From NCBI GenBank assembly GCA_031362565.1, contig JANLSU010000043.1, positions 1 through 31,611 on the forward strand: a stretch of DNA of 31,611 nucleotides, in the 5' to 3' direction. The notes below the pieces were generated by a model that was given only the letters and a program-made list of their open reading frames with translations, had not been told where the DNA came from and ran no database searches. This DNA comes from a bacterium (GTDB taxonomy: Bacteria; Krumholzibacteriota; Krumholzibacteriia; G020349025). This document shows positions 8,752 to 18,804 of this stretch, in pieces. Numbering within the stretch: the first letter of the stretch is position 1; every line of letters starts with the position of its first letter. The translations under genes were made by a program, and so were the position numbers.

Positions 8752-10251
8752 TCAGCGCTCCGAATCCGGGCGCGACTTGAGCTGCAACTCGATTTCGGAG
8801 GCCAGCAACGGCGCCGCTTCGCCGTTCCGCGAATACAAGTACGAACGCGCCGCGGTGTTCGCTCCACGCGGGTAGCGCCAGTAACGCCACGGGGTGCGGA
8901 GCAACTGGCGCAGCGCGTAGTTGCGAAAGTGTTCGGGGATATCCGCCACGAAGTCGTGCCCGAGGACCCGCAGCCGGCGGACGCCGGGCCGGTACTCGTG
9001 CGCCGGGTCCGGCCGCGCTTCGACGCGGAACGACGCGAGCAATTGCCGCAGCCGCGCCCGCCGCCAGCCGATTTCGAGCGGCATCGAGTACACGCCGCGC
9101 ACCTCCGGCGAGTGGAAGACGACGTTCATATCCGTTTCCACCATCCACGCCAGCGATTCGGTGCCGCCCCGCACCCGGTCGAGAGTGCGGCGCTGTTCGG
9201 TCGCACGCCGCGCACTCACCAGGCGCGCCTTCGGCAACCACAGCTCGCGATAGTGGAAATCGACCACGATCCACTCGACGTCGCCGGCATCCGGCCCATC
9301 GGCCCGGACCCACACTTCGACGCGTTCCCAGTCGCGTTCCCACATCTTGTTGAGTTCGGCGGCGGTGCAATACATGAAACGCCACACCCAGTAGCGCTGG
9401 CCGGCGAGCCATGCCGGCGCTTGCCCCGGTTCGTAAGAATGGGCCGCACTCTCCGGATCGGCGTCATAGAAATAGAGCGTCGGCTCGAGGCCGCGCGGCA
9501 CCAAGAAGGCGTCGACCAGGAAGTACGCCAGTGCCAGCGCCACCAGGGCCGCGACAAACAGACTCGGATGCGGCGCCGTGAGCGATCCCGAGAGCCGCAT
9601 GATGCCGACGACCACATAGACGGGCAGCGGTCCGATGACCGCGGTGATGCCGTCACGAAACAAGATCCACGACAGCAACACGACGAGCGGATAGTGCGCG
9701 AAACGCACCAGCCCTTCGAGCCCGTGCGGCACGAGCCCGGTATGCAGCACCCATTGCGAGCCGAGTGTGAGCCCGATCGCCACGAGCGCCGAGAAGAGCA
9801 ACTTGTACGTCGGGTACACCAGGCTGAAAAGCACTTCGGCGCGCTGCGGATCGAAGAGATCGCGGGCCAACGTCTCGCCGCCCCAGTCGAGCCGGACGTT
9901 GCCGTTCGGTTCCGGTTCGATCGCCAACCGGTGTGGTGTGAGCAACGTGGCCGAGTCATCGTCGGGAAGGTGCAGCCGGAACTTCGAACGTACGTGCTGC
10001 AGCACGCGGTACGGAATGAGCGCCGGCCCGGCGATGAGCGTCAGCAGGTAGTAGCCCAAGCCCGGGAGCCGCGTTTCGGGCCGGTCGAGACAGGCGCGAA
10101 ACAACGCCCGGTCGACGAGACCCTGCCGCGACAACGCCGCGCGCATGACGCCGCCGAGCCCGAGGACGGACGCCCAGTAGTCGCAGTACAAGAACGCGTG
10201 CGGCTTGTCGCCGGCTGCGTCCGCTTGTGCCGGATCGGTTTTAGTAGCCAA
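8752..10251 (-). CDS. Hypothetical integral membrane protein (~499 aa)
   Basis: Several hydrophobic segments followed by a Trp/Tyr-rich soluble domain. TTG start at 10251 after GGGGGA overlaps the end of the LptD-like gene; the start is uncertain. Confidence 0.7.
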   Translation of the reverse strand: MATKTDPAQADAAGDKPHAFLYCDYWASVLGLGGVMRAALSRQGLVDRALFRACLDRPETRLPGLGYYLLTLIAGPALIPYRVLQHVRSKFRLHLPDDDSATLLTPHRLAIEPEPNGNVRLDWGGETLARDLFDPQRAEVLFSLVYPTYKLLFSALVAIGLTLGSQWVLHTGLVPHGLEGLVRFAHYPLVVLLSWILFRDGITAVIGPLPVYVVVGIMRLSGSLTAPHPSLFVAALVALALAYFLVDAFLVPRGLEPTLYFYDADPESAAHSYEPGQAPAWLAGQRYWVWRFMYCTAAELNKMWERDWERVEVWVRADGPDAGDVEWIVVDFHYRELWLPKARLVSARRATEQRRTLDRVRGGTESLAWMVETDMNVVFHSPEVRGVYSMPLEIGWRRARLRQLLASFRVEARPDPAHEYRPGVRRLRVLGHDFVADIPEHFRNYALRQLLRTPWRYWRYPRGANTAARSYLYSRNGEAAPLLASEIELQLKSRPDSER

Positions 10252-13200
10252 GACCGCGGTCCCCCGACTCGTAGAACAGCTCATTCTGATGCTTCTCGAC
10301 ATACAGCCGGAAGTAATACTGCCAATCGTTCTGCAGACGCACGCGCGTAAAGCTCGCCTTCCAGCAATGCAACTGCCGCGTGACGCGAATCGACGGCAGT
10401 CCGAGGATGCGCGTCTTGGCGTCGTAGTACGTCCCGAACGACACGTCCCAGTTGCGGGTCGGCTGGACGCTGAAGCTGACGGGCACCGACGCGGTCTCGG
10501 TGTGGCCCTCGGTGCGCCGCAGCGAGTAGCTGAGCGACAGCGCCCAAGCGAGCGATCCCGTACCGCCCACCGCGACCGGTTTGACGTCGCCCAGCGCGCC
10601 ATCCACCGAACTCAACGGCCGGGCCCGGGGACGCAAGGGCGAGACCCCGGAGCTGTCTTCGGCGGCAGCGCCGCTCGCGGTCGTGTCACTGGCGGCCGCC
10701 GGGCCGCCGCCTTCCTCCTCGACGACCCGGTTGCGGGCCTTTTCCTCGAGCCCCGTGTTGCCATACCCGAACTTGCCGCCCAGGCGCATCGCAAACGGCA
10801 CCTGGGTGCTGGTGATCCGGCCGCGATACGGGTCGTAGGTTTGGCTGATGGTGAGCCGGAGGGGTCCGGAGCGATTGATGGTGATGTTGCTGCCGATCAT
10901 GCCCCACTTCCGGGCCGGACCACCGGTCGCGGGAGCCACGACATCGGGGTTGTACCCGGTGCTCAACTGCCAGTCGAGCAGGCCGTCGATCTTGCGCTCA
11001 CCGTCCTTGCCGCCGCGCACCTTGGCATCGAAGGTGTTGGCGAGCGACAGCGCGAGCGACGTACTGCGCACCTGTTGGTCGGCGATGTTCGGCCGCCACA
11101 CGAGCGTGGCACGCGGATCGAGCCGGTGCCGCAATGCGGTGATTCCGAACACATTCGGGTAGAAGAGGCCGTACATCGTCGTCGACGCGCCGACACTCGT
11201 ATCCAAGTTGCGATGGCTATTGCGCGCACTCGGGCGGGCCGTATCCTTGAGATAGCTCTCGCTGTAGTTGGCCGCCGGCGTCAAGCTCAGCATCGCCACA
11301 TGCACCGAGCGGCTCAACCCGAGGCCCGTCGCGGCGCTCACGGCGTTGTCGTCACGGATCCCGAACGAATCGGCATTGGTGGCGATCAACGGAATGGCCG
11401 CACTAGGCTTAGCAAACCGCGACCGGGTCGTGGTGCGCGAGAACCGCACCGAGGGCTGAAACTGCAGGCTGTGGAAGAACGCCTGAAAGGGCTCGTGGCG
11501 CGCATCCCGTGGCGCCGGCGCCAGGCTGATACGCGGAAACGTCACATTCAGATTCGGCAGATGCGATGTGATGAGGGAGCCGGCAAACTTCGAGCCCGGA
11601 TTCAAGAGCTGGGTGCGGTCGACGGCGACCGAAGTGTTCAGCCATTCGCCCTGCCGCCGGAGCGTCAGGCCCGAACGCAGGTTGCGCTCCAGAGACCGGT
11701 AAATATCGATGTTCTGGTTGACGTCGCGCACGGCGCGGTCGGAACTCGCGTAGTCGAGGCTGCCGGCGAGCCGCGTGCGTTCGCCCAGGGTCTGCTGGTG
11801 CTGCCCGCCGAGGGTGTACGAAAACACCCCGCCGCCCGGATCGAACGTCTTCCGCACGTTGTAGTTCAAGTTGCCGTCGGCGTGGTAGCGGACCTTGTAA
11901 CGCGTCGCGACCGCGAAGCGCACGCTGCGGGCTTCGCTCGTCCGCAACACGCTTTGGATGCTCGAACGGTTCGGCCGCGGCCGGTCGGTGAAGTCGCCCG
12001 AGAACGTAAAATCGTAATATTTGCTCGCGGCCCAGAAGTAATCGAGGCCGCGAATATATCGCGAGCTACCATTGATGCCGAACTCGACGTCCGGCTGTAG
12101 GAAACCGGAGTGCCGGTTGGTATCGGTGGAATTGAAGATGAACGGCAGGTACATGACCGGGACGTGCCCCAAGTACACATGCACCGGCCTGCCGACGATG
12201 CGTTTGTGCAAGTAGATCTTCATGCGGTCGCATTGGAACCGGTAGTGCGGCTGTGCCAAATCGCAGGTCGTGTAGCTGGCATTCCGCACCTGCAGGATGC
12301 CGTCCTCCTTCTTGCGCAGCACTTCACCCGTGTAGTAGCCCTGATCATAGGTCGTCGAGCCGCCTTGGATCCACGCCTCGCGGCTGTTCATGTCGTAGCC
12401 CATGCGGTCGCCAAAGATGCGGTCGCCGGCATCATCGAGGGCCGGCCGTTCGGTCGCGTCCAGGAGATCGGTGTCGGCGTCATAGTGGATGCGCCCGGCG
12501 CGGAGGGTATTGCCTTCGTAGATCACCTCGGCGGCCTTCTGCAACAGCAGATCGTTTTGCTTCGCCAGGTACAAGATGCTCTCGCCGCTGTACTCGACGG
12601 TTCGCGCGCGCCGGTCGAAGTCGAACCGCGTGCTGTCCCCCACCACCACCCCGAACGTCGAATCGAAGTGCGCCGTCGCCGGCGCCCGCAACGAATCCAG
12701 GTTGCCGTCGAAATAGCGGTAGGTGCCGGCAGCATTGCCGCGGAACACGACTTCGTCGACGGCGTCGTTTTGAAACGTCATCAAGATCGAGTCAGCGTGC
12801 GCTTCGTTGCGCGAGACACGAGTCTTTTGCGTTTCTTCCGGTACGAACCGGCTCGAAGCCTGCCCCACGACTACGGCGCGCGCCAGTTTGCCACGGTCGA
12901 AGTAGAGTTGCGCCGAATCGCCGTGCACTTCGTTCGGACCGCGAATGAGCGAGGTATCGGCACGGGCTTGTAACAGTTCGGCCTCGGCCCGCACCGCGAC
13001 CCGTTCGACCTCTTTGTCTTTGTAAAACACGTCGATCTGGCGGCCGCGCATCGTCGTGCCATCGCGGTCGACCATCGGATGGCCGCGCAGGAGAATCATG
13101 TCGCGGTTGCGATACAGGATGGCCGAATCAGCGAGGGCGAGGGTCGTGCCGCGCCGGATCTGCACGTTGCCGCGGGCCCGCACCACACTGCGGTCGCGAT

Positions 13201-13951
13201 CGAAGCGCAGGTCGGCGGCCCGCACTTCGGTATTGTCGGCACCTTTTTCGCGCAACACCATGAGCGGCTGGGGCTCGAGCCGGGCTTCGCCGCTCGTGCG
13301 GTCGTAGACCGCATGCGTGCCGCGCGCCTCCGAGCCGGTCTCCAAATCGGTGATGACGACCGAACCAAATGCTTCGCCGGTACCCGCGGCCTCGTGGTAC
13401 AGCACGCTGTCGGCTTGCACGCGGTTCTTGGCGTCCTTGAAGTCGACCTCGCCCCACAGCCACGCGAGCTGTGTCTTGCGCCAATAGCGCACCCGGCGCG
13501 CGTGAATGAGCCCGAAGCGATCTTCGATGGTGACGCGGCCCTTCAACGCCGCGATGTCGTCGGGACGCGAGAACTCGCCCTCGTCGCCCTTCATGACCAC
13601 ACCGCGGTCGTGGACCACGACATTTTCGAAGAAGAAGCCGCGGCCTTGGCTGCGATAGATGCGGGCGCGGCGGCTGTCGATGGTCGTGCTGTCGCTCACG
13701 AGCCGCACGCCGTTTTCCAGGTAGCTCACCCATTCGCCGTTCTCACGCACGTAACGGCCGCGCCCGGCACTGACGTGCAGGGTGTCGGAGCGTGCCGAGG
13801 AGTCGGCGACGGCGAGAGGCGCCGGAACGGGCGCTGGAACCGGAGCCGGCGGCTTGGGCACGGGCTGCGAGCGTGCGAGAGCGGCGCCAAGCGTGCACGC
13901 GACGCAGGCGAGGGCTGCAATGCGGCGCAGTCCGGCGGGCGAAAACTTCAC
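10241..13951 (-). CDS. lptD: LPS assembly protein LptD-like with an extended N-terminal OstA/LptA beta-jellyroll region (~1236 aa)
   Basis: Signal peptide; repeated OstA-like strands (G.V.I.D..., ADS..Y); YTTCDLAQPHY...VPVMYLPF...SGFLQP; C-terminal barrel with RQLHCW. GTG start overlaps the ROK stop (GTGA). Confidence 0.8.
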   Translation of the reverse strand: MKFSPAGLRRIAALACVACTLGAALARSQPVPKPPAPVPAPVPAPLAVADSSARSDTLHVSAGRGRYVRENGEWVSYLENGVRLVSDSTTIDSRRARIYRSQGRGFFFENVVVHDRGVVMKGDEGEFSRPDDIAALKGRVTIEDRFGLIHARRVRYWRKTQLAWLWGEVDFKDAKNRVQADSVLYHEAAGTGEAFGSVVITDLETGSEARGTHAVYDRTSGEARLEPQPLMVLREKGADNTEVRAADLRFDRDRSVVRARGNVQIRRGTTLALADSAILYRNRDMILLRGHPMVDRDGTTMRGRQIDVFYKDKEVERVAVRAEAELLQARADTSLIRGPNEVHGDSAQLYFDRGKLARAVVVGQASSRFVPEETQKTRVSRNEAHADSILMTFQNDAVDEVVFRGNAAGTYRYFDGNLDSLRAPATAHFDSTFGVVVGDSTRFDFDRRARTVEYSGESILYLAKQNDLLLQKAAEVIYEGNTLRAGRIHYDADTDLLDATERPALDDAGDRIFGDRMGYDMNSREAWIQGGSTTYDQGYYTGEVLRKKEDGILQVRNASYTTCDLAQPHYRFQCDRMKIYLHKRIVGRPVHVYLGHVPVMYLPFIFNSTDTNRHSGFLQPDVEFGINGSSRYIRGLDYFWAASKYYDFTFSGDFTDRPRPNRSSIQSVLRTSEARSVRFAVATRYKVRYHADGNLNYNVRKTFDPGGGVFSYTLGGQHQQTLGERTRLAGSLDYASSDRAVRDVNQNIDIYRSLERNLRSGLTLRRQGEWLNTSVAVDRTQLLNPGSKFAGSLITSHLPNLNVTFPRISLAPAPRDARHEPFQAFFHSLQFQPSVRFSRTTTRSRFAKPSAAIPLIATNADSFGIRDDNAVSAATGLGLSRSVHVAMLSLTPAANYSESYLKDTARPSARNSHRNLDTSVGASTTMYGLFYPNVFGITALRHRLDPRATLVWRPNIADQQVRSTSLALSLANTFDAKVRGGKDGERKIDGLLDWQLSTGYNPDVVAPATGGPARKWGMIGSNITINRSGPLRLTISQTYDPYRGRITSTQVPFAMRLGGKFGYGNTGLEEKARNRVVEEEGGGPAAASDTTASGAAAEDSSGVSPLRPRARPLSSVDGALGDVKPVAVGGTGSLAWALSLSYSLRRTEGHTETASVPVSFSVQPTRNWDVSFGTYYDAKTRILGLPSIRVTRQLHCWKASFTRVRLQNDWQYYFRLYVEKHQNELFYESGDRGLGY

Positions 13952-14919
13952 GACGGCTCGAGACGCGCGACTGCGAGGAGTGCGGCGCCCACCACGGCGG
14001 CATTGTTGCCGAGCGCCGCGGTGACGACTTCCGCTGTCTCGGCCGGCACACTCATCGCGCGCTCGCGCAACGTGCGGCGCGCCGGCCCAAGCAAGAGATC
14101 GCCGGCGCGCGCAATGCCGCCGCCGACTACGATGCGCTCCGGATTCAAGAGATTCGCCAAGTTCGCGAGCGCGACACCCAGCCACCGGCCGGTCGCGTCG
14201 AGCACTTCGATCGCTACGGCATCGCCGTCGCCCGCTGCTTCGCTGATGAGGCGAGGCGACAGCGTTTCTGCCGCGACCGCGCGCAACACACTCGGACGGG
14301 TATCCCGTCCCAGCATCTCGACGGCGCGCGCCACGATGAATTGTGCGCCGACATAGCGTTCGAGGCAGCCCCAGTTGCCGCAGGCGCATTGCGGCCCATC
14401 GGCCTCGATCGACATGTGGCCGATTTCACCCGCAGCGCCGCGCGCGCCGCGATACAACTTGCCGTCCAGAACGAGTCCGCCACCGACGCCGGTGCCGAGC
14501 GTCAAACACAAGAGGTGGCGCGTGCCGCGTCCGGCGCCGCAGTGCCATTCGCCGTACGCCATCGCGTTGACATCGTTCTCGAGAAAGGCCGGCACCCCAA
14601 GCGCTGCACCCAAGCGGGCGGCCAGCGGATAGCGCTCCCAGGTGCGCAGATTCGGGGCATCGAGCACGAGATTGTTGGCGCCGTCGATGATGCCGGCGCT
14701 GTCGATACCGAGGGCGCGCATCTCGCCGGCCTCGAGCCCGTGTTCGCGCCGCAGCATGTCGACACAGGCCAGGATCCGCCCGGCGGCTGCCTCGGGCCCG
14801 GCGTCGCCCTCGGTTGGGATCTCGCGCGACTCGACGACGCGGCCATCGCTCCAGACGACGGCGATTTTGATCGCCGTACCGCCGATGTCGACGCCGATTG
14901 TCCGGAAGGTGTCGCTCAA
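13948..14919 (-). CDS. ROK family sugar kinase (glucokinase-like)
   Basis: IGVDIGGT, ENDVNA, TLGTGVGGG, GEIGH, CACGNWGCLE motifs; no HTH; TTG start after GAGGTGGGG. Confidence 0.92.
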   Translation of the reverse strand: MSDTFRTIGVDIGGTAIKIAVVWSDGRVVESREIPTEGDAGPEAAAGRILACVDMLRREHGLEAGEMRALGIDSAGIIDGANNLVLDAPNLRTWERYPLAARLGAALGVPAFLENDVNAMAYGEWHCGAGRGTRHLLCLTLGTGVGGGLVLDGKLYRGARGAAGEIGHMSIEADGPQCACGNWGCLERYVGAQFIVARAVEMLGRDTRPSVLRAVAAETLSPRLISEAAGDGDAVAIEVLDATGRWLGVALANLANLLNPERIVVGGGIARAGDLLLGPARRTLRERAMSVPAETAEVVTAALGNNAAVVGAALLAVARLEPS

Positions 14920-14995
14920 CGTCCCCACCTCGCCCGTCGCGTCCGGCAGCGCATTCAGGGCGTCTGCCCGCAGCACGCAGCCGGACCGCCCGCAG

Positions 14996-16363
14996 TTACA
15001 TCGCCGCTCGGAGTGGCTCGTCCGGCACTCCATAGAGGAGCACGTCCGGTGCCACGCCACGCCTGGCGGCGAGGAGCGGCACCGCCTCGCCCAGAAGATA
15101 GTGGCTGCCCAGCACGAAAACCGGTGTTCCGTGCGGCGCCGACTCGAGCGCCCACTCGAGGGCGTCGGCGACGCGCGGCAGGACGCGCACTTTCGCCGCC
15201 TGCTGCCCGGTGGGAAACTCGCGCTGGGCGGCGCGTGCGTCCCAGCTGCGATCCATGGCCGGCGCAGTCAGCACGATCTCCCGCGCGAAAGCCGCCAAGC
15301 GCGCCGCCGCCGAACCCAGGCGTTTGTCACGCAGGAGCCCGAGCACGACGCGCGGCCGGATTCCCGGCAAGAGCTTCGCCGCCACGTCCAGCGTCGCCGC
15401 CAAGGCCTGCGGATTGTGCCCGACGTCGAGCACCATGGCCGGTTCGCGGCGGTACGGCAGGAGCACTTGAAAACGTCCCGGCATGAAGGCGCGCGCCGCC
15501 CCGGCCAGGATGTCGGGCGGGCGATCGATGACGCCACGCTGCCAGAGTTCCTGCACCGCCGCCGCCGCCAGGGCCGTGTTGCGCACCTGATGGACGCCGA
15601 ACAAGCGGGTGTTGATCCGGCCCGCGACCGGGAACCGCAGGTCGAACTGCATCCCCGATTCGAGCCCCATCGCGACCACCCGGCCGCAGTCCGCCGGCAA
15701 GAGGGTGAGCGGCGCGCGCCGCGCCCGGCAGAACTCTTGGGCGAGAGCGACGAGATCGGGCCGCTCGAGGGCCGCGAAAAAGGGGACGCCGCGCTTGGCG
15801 ATGCCGAGCTTTTCGCGGCAAACATTGCGCAAGCCGCGGCCCAGAATCGATTCGTGGTCGTTGCCGACGCTCGTCAGCACCGAAACCGAGGCCGGCAACA
15901 CATTGGTGGAATCGAGCCGTCCACCAAGTCCCACTTCGTAGACCGCCACGTCGCATTTCTCGTCGCGGAAGTGCTGGGCGCCAAGCGCCGTCATGGCTTC
16001 GAAAAACGACGCGCCGGTGCGCTCGATGAGCGGCCACAGATCGCCAATGCGGCGCCGGAAAGTGTCGGTGGGAATCGGCTGGCCATCGACGCAGATGCGC
16101 TCTTCGACGCGCAGCACATGCGGTGAGGTGAACCGCCCGACGCGCAGCCCCGCCGCCTGCAGCATCGCCGCGGCCAGTGCAGTCGTCGAACCCTTGCCGT
16201 TGGTGCCGGCAACGTGCACGACCGGCATGCCGCGCGCCGGATCGCCGGCGAGGCGCAGTAAACGGCGGGTCGAGGACAAGCCGAGACGGGTCTCGCCGCG
16301 GCGCAGACCAAAGAGCGCGGCAAGTTGCGGATCGAGCGTCTCGGCGACGCTAGGCCGATCCAT
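14996..16363 (-). CDS. folC: Folylpolyglutamate synthase/dihydrofolate synthase
   Basis: HVAGTNGKGST, FTSPH, EVGLGGRLDSTN, LDVGHNP; directly downstream of accD (conserved order). Confidence 0.93.
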   Translation of the reverse strand: MDRPSVAETLDPQLAALFGLRRGETRLGLSSTRRLLRLAGDPARGMPVVHVAGTNGKGSTTALAAAMLQAAGLRVGRFTSPHVLRVEERICVDGQPIPTDTFRRRIGDLWPLIERTGASFFEAMTALGAQHFRDEKCDVAVYEVGLGGRLDSTNVLPASVSVLTSVGNDHESILGRGLRNVCREKLGIAKRGVPFFAALERPDLVALAQEFCRARRAPLTLLPADCGRVVAMGLESGMQFDLRFPVAGRINTRLFGVHQVRNTALAAAAVQELWQRGVIDRPPDILAGAARAFMPGRFQVLLPYRREPAMVLDVGHNPQALAATLDVAAKLLPGIRPRVVLGLLRDKRLGSAAARLAAFAREIVLTAPAMDRSWDARAAQREFPTGQQAAKVRVLPRVADALEWALESAPHGTPVFVLGSHYLLGEAVPLLAARRGVAPDVLLYGVPDEPLRAAM

Positions 16364-17375
16364 GCAGGCCGATCCCCCGCGGGGTCGCGGCACTCGGCGC
16401 CGGGACCCGGGCGGCGGACCTCAACTCCGGCGCCACCGTCTCGGTCGCGGCTCGGACGCTAGCCGAGTCCGGGCTCGCGGCGGCAGTCGCCGGCGCGCCG
16501 ATCCCCGTCGCCTGCTCCTGGGGCATGGGTGCCAGGAAGGCCAGCACGCGCGTCAGCACGGCGCGCATGTCCTTGCGGGACGCGATGAGGTCGATGAAGC
16601 CGCACTCCTGGACGAATTCCGCGGTTTGGAAGCCTTCCGGCAACTCCTGATTGATGGTCTCGCGGATGACGCGCGGGCCTGCGAAGCCGATCTGGGCCCG
16701 GGGTTCGGAGATGATGACGTCGCCCAGCATGGCGAAGCTCGCCGACACGCCACCGGTCGTTGGATTGCTGAGAATCGACACGAACGGCAGATGCGCTTCG
16801 TGCAGCTTGGCGAGGACGGCCGACGTCTTGGCCATCTGCATGAGCGATAGAATCGACTCGTGCATGCGGGCGCCACCGGACCTGGAAAGGATGATGAGCG
16901 GCATCCGGCGCTCGAGCGCCAGCATGCCGGCGCGGGCGATCTTCTCGCCGACCACCGATCCCATGCTGCCGCCCAGAAAAGCGAAGTCGAAGACGCATAT
17001 CATGACGTCGCGGCCCTGCAGTTGGGCGCGCCCGGTCAGCACCGCCTCGGTCAGATTGGTGCGCAGCATCGTCTTCTTGAGCTTGAGACGGTACTTTTCC
17101 TTGGCATCCTTGAAATCGAGCGGGTCGAGCGAGGTGATCTCGCGCCACATCTCGACGAACGAGCCGGGGTCGACTAGCAGCTCGGTGTATTGCCGGGCAT
17201 CGATCGAGAAGTGGTAGTCGCAGCGGCTGCAGACCCACAGGTTCTTCTCGAGCTCAATCCGATAGATGATGTCCGAACAAGTCGGACACTTCGTCCACAA
17301 GCCTTCGGGGAGTTCGCGTTTCTCCGCCGTGGGCTGGGCTTTGACGCCCTTTTTGGCACGATGCAGCCAAGACAT
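16350..17375 (-). CDS. accD: Acetyl-CoA carboxylase carboxyltransferase beta subunit
   Basis: PEGLWTKCPTC...CSRCDYH zinc finger, FLGGSMGSVVGEKI, SGGARMHE, PTTGGVSASFA. Confidence 0.96.
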   Translation of the reverse strand: MSWLHRAKKGVKAQPTAEKRELPEGLWTKCPTCSDIIYRIELEKNLWVCSRCDYHFSIDARQYTELLVDPGSFVEMWREITSLDPLDFKDAKEKYRLKLKKTMLRTNLTEAVLTGRAQLQGRDVMICVFDFAFLGGSMGSVVGEKIARAGMLALERRMPLIILSRSGGARMHESILSLMQMAKTSAVLAKLHEAHLPFVSILSNPTTGGVSASFAMLGDVIISEPRAQIGFAGPRVIRETINQELPEGFQTAEFVQECGFIDLIASRKDMRAVLTRVLAFLAPMPQEQATGIGAPATAAASPDSASVRAATETVAPELRSAARVPAPSAATPRGIGLHGSA

Positions 17376-17434
17376 AAACGAGTTTCGCGCATCCTTCCCG
17401 TTGGGCCGCGCGGGTCCAGCGCGATGTGGCGAGG

Positions 17435-17462
17435 ATTATAGGCGAGGGGGGCCCGGCCACAA
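17435..17462 (-). promoter_or_regulatory. Putative promoter for the accD-folC-ROK-lptD operon
   Basis: Perfect TATAAT (17440-17435) with a weak TTGTGG 16 nt upstream. Confidence 0.45.
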
Positions 17463-17558
17463 GGCATTTTGGGGCCGTGGGCGGCGATTCTTGGGGTTTT
17501 CCAGACGCTGGACCGGATCGACCGCTGAAGCTTAACTCGTTTGTTTAAATTGGGTTAC

Positions 17559-18128
17559 TCACAGATTCGCGTTCCGGCCGGCTTCGCCGTCCGGGACTGC
17601 GTCCGGGACCGATTCGGGAGCCGCGGCGGCCGAGGTTCGGAGCGCTTTGAGCATCACCACGGCATCCTCGCCGTTGTCGGCGTAGTAACGCTTCCGGATG
17701 GCGATCTTCTGGAAGCCAAGCGCCTCGTACAGCGTCGTCGCGGCGGTGTTGTTGACGCGGACCTCGAGCGTCGCGATCGTCATGCCGCGCTCGCTCGCCG
17801 CATCGAAAATCGCCCGCAAGAGCACCCGCGCTACGCCCCGGCGGCGAAACTCCGTGTGCACCGCGACGTTCACGATATGGACTTCATCGGCCACGTACCA
17901 CCAGAGCGCATAGCCCACGACCTGGCCATCCCATTCGGCGACATTGTTGGCGGCCGACTGCGCCTGCGACAGTTCCTGCACGAACATCTCGCGCGTCCAC
18001 GGTGCGGTGAACGTGTGCTCGATTTCGACCACCGCATCGAGGTCGGCCGTACCCATCGGCCGCAGCCGGAGCGGCGACGTGGGCTCAGGCCCGCTCGCTG
18101 CGAAACTGCTCGCGCTGAAGTTCGGCAT
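17559..18128 (-). CDS. rimI: Ribosomal protein S18-alanine N-acetyltransferase (GNAT)
   Basis: EVHIVNVAVH.EFRRRG, TLEVRVNN..A..LY..LGF....IRKRYY.DN.EDA; follows tsaB. Start could be 18128 or 18056. Confidence 0.9.
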   Translation of the reverse strand: MPNFSASSFAASGPEPTSPLRLRPMGTADLDAVVEIEHTFTAPWTREMFVQELSQAQSAANNVAEWDGQVVGYALWWYVADEVHIVNVAVHTEFRRRGVARVLLRAIFDAASERGMTIATLEVRVNNTAATTLYEALGFQKIAIRKRYYADNGEDAVVMLKALRTSAAAAPESVPDAVPDGEAGRNANL

Positions 18129-18804
18129 CGGACTTCCGGAGATAGTTGGGTTCGAGATCGCGCGGCGCCAAGAGCCGGCATCCGCCGGCCCGGACCAAAT
18201 GCACGAGTGCGGTCGCAACCGTCATGGCCGGTGGGCCGAGCACCCGGAGCGACGCCTCCGGCGCTGCGCCGGCGACCAGCGCCGCGCCCGAACCACAGAC
18301 GGCAATTTCCGAACCCGGGCGCAGTCCCGCCGCGGCCGCCACGAGGCGCGCCGCTGCCACATCCGGCGCGGCGCAGAACGGTTCGACCCGCACTTGCGGC
18401 CGTGCCTCCCGCACATCATACAGCGCCGCGTACACCTCGCCACGCCGGGCGTCGAACACGACCGCGAGTGGCTCCTCCAGGCCCTGCCAGAGTGCCGCGT
18501 GCGCCGCATGGCTTTCGCCCACGTACACCGGCCAGCCGCGGGCGGCGGCCAACCCCTGCACCGTCGCAAGTCCAATGCGAATGCCGGTGAAGCTGCCGGG
18601 GCCGTTCGTGACCGCGATCCCCTCGCAGAGATCGAGCCCAACGCCGGCCTGCTCCAGGCCGCGCAAGATCTCGTGCAGCACGACCGGTGCCCGCGGGCCC
18701 GCGGCCACGAACTCGTGCGACACGATGTGCGCCCCCTGGGCTACCGCCACCGACCCCGTGGGGTCCGACGTGTGCAGAGCGAGAAGCACCTGGGGCGTGG
18801 TCAT
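18085..18804 (-). CDS. tsaB: tRNA threonylcarbamoyladenosine biosynthesis protein TsaB
   Basis: LLALHTS, GPGSFTGIRIG, DARRGEVY, EPNYLR; ATGA overlap with tsaE. Confidence 0.93.
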   Translation of the reverse strand: MTTPQVLLALHTSDPTGSVAVAQGAHIVSHEFVAAGPRAPVVLHEILRGLEQAGVGLDLCEGIAVTNGPGSFTGIRIGLATVQGLAAARGWPVYVGESHAAHAALWQGLEEPLAVVFDARRGEVYAALYDVREARPQVRVEPFCAAPDVAAARLVAAAAGLRPGSEIAVCGSGAALVAGAAPEASLRVLGPPAMTVATALVHLVRAGGCRLLAPRDLEPNYLRKSDAELQREQFRSERA

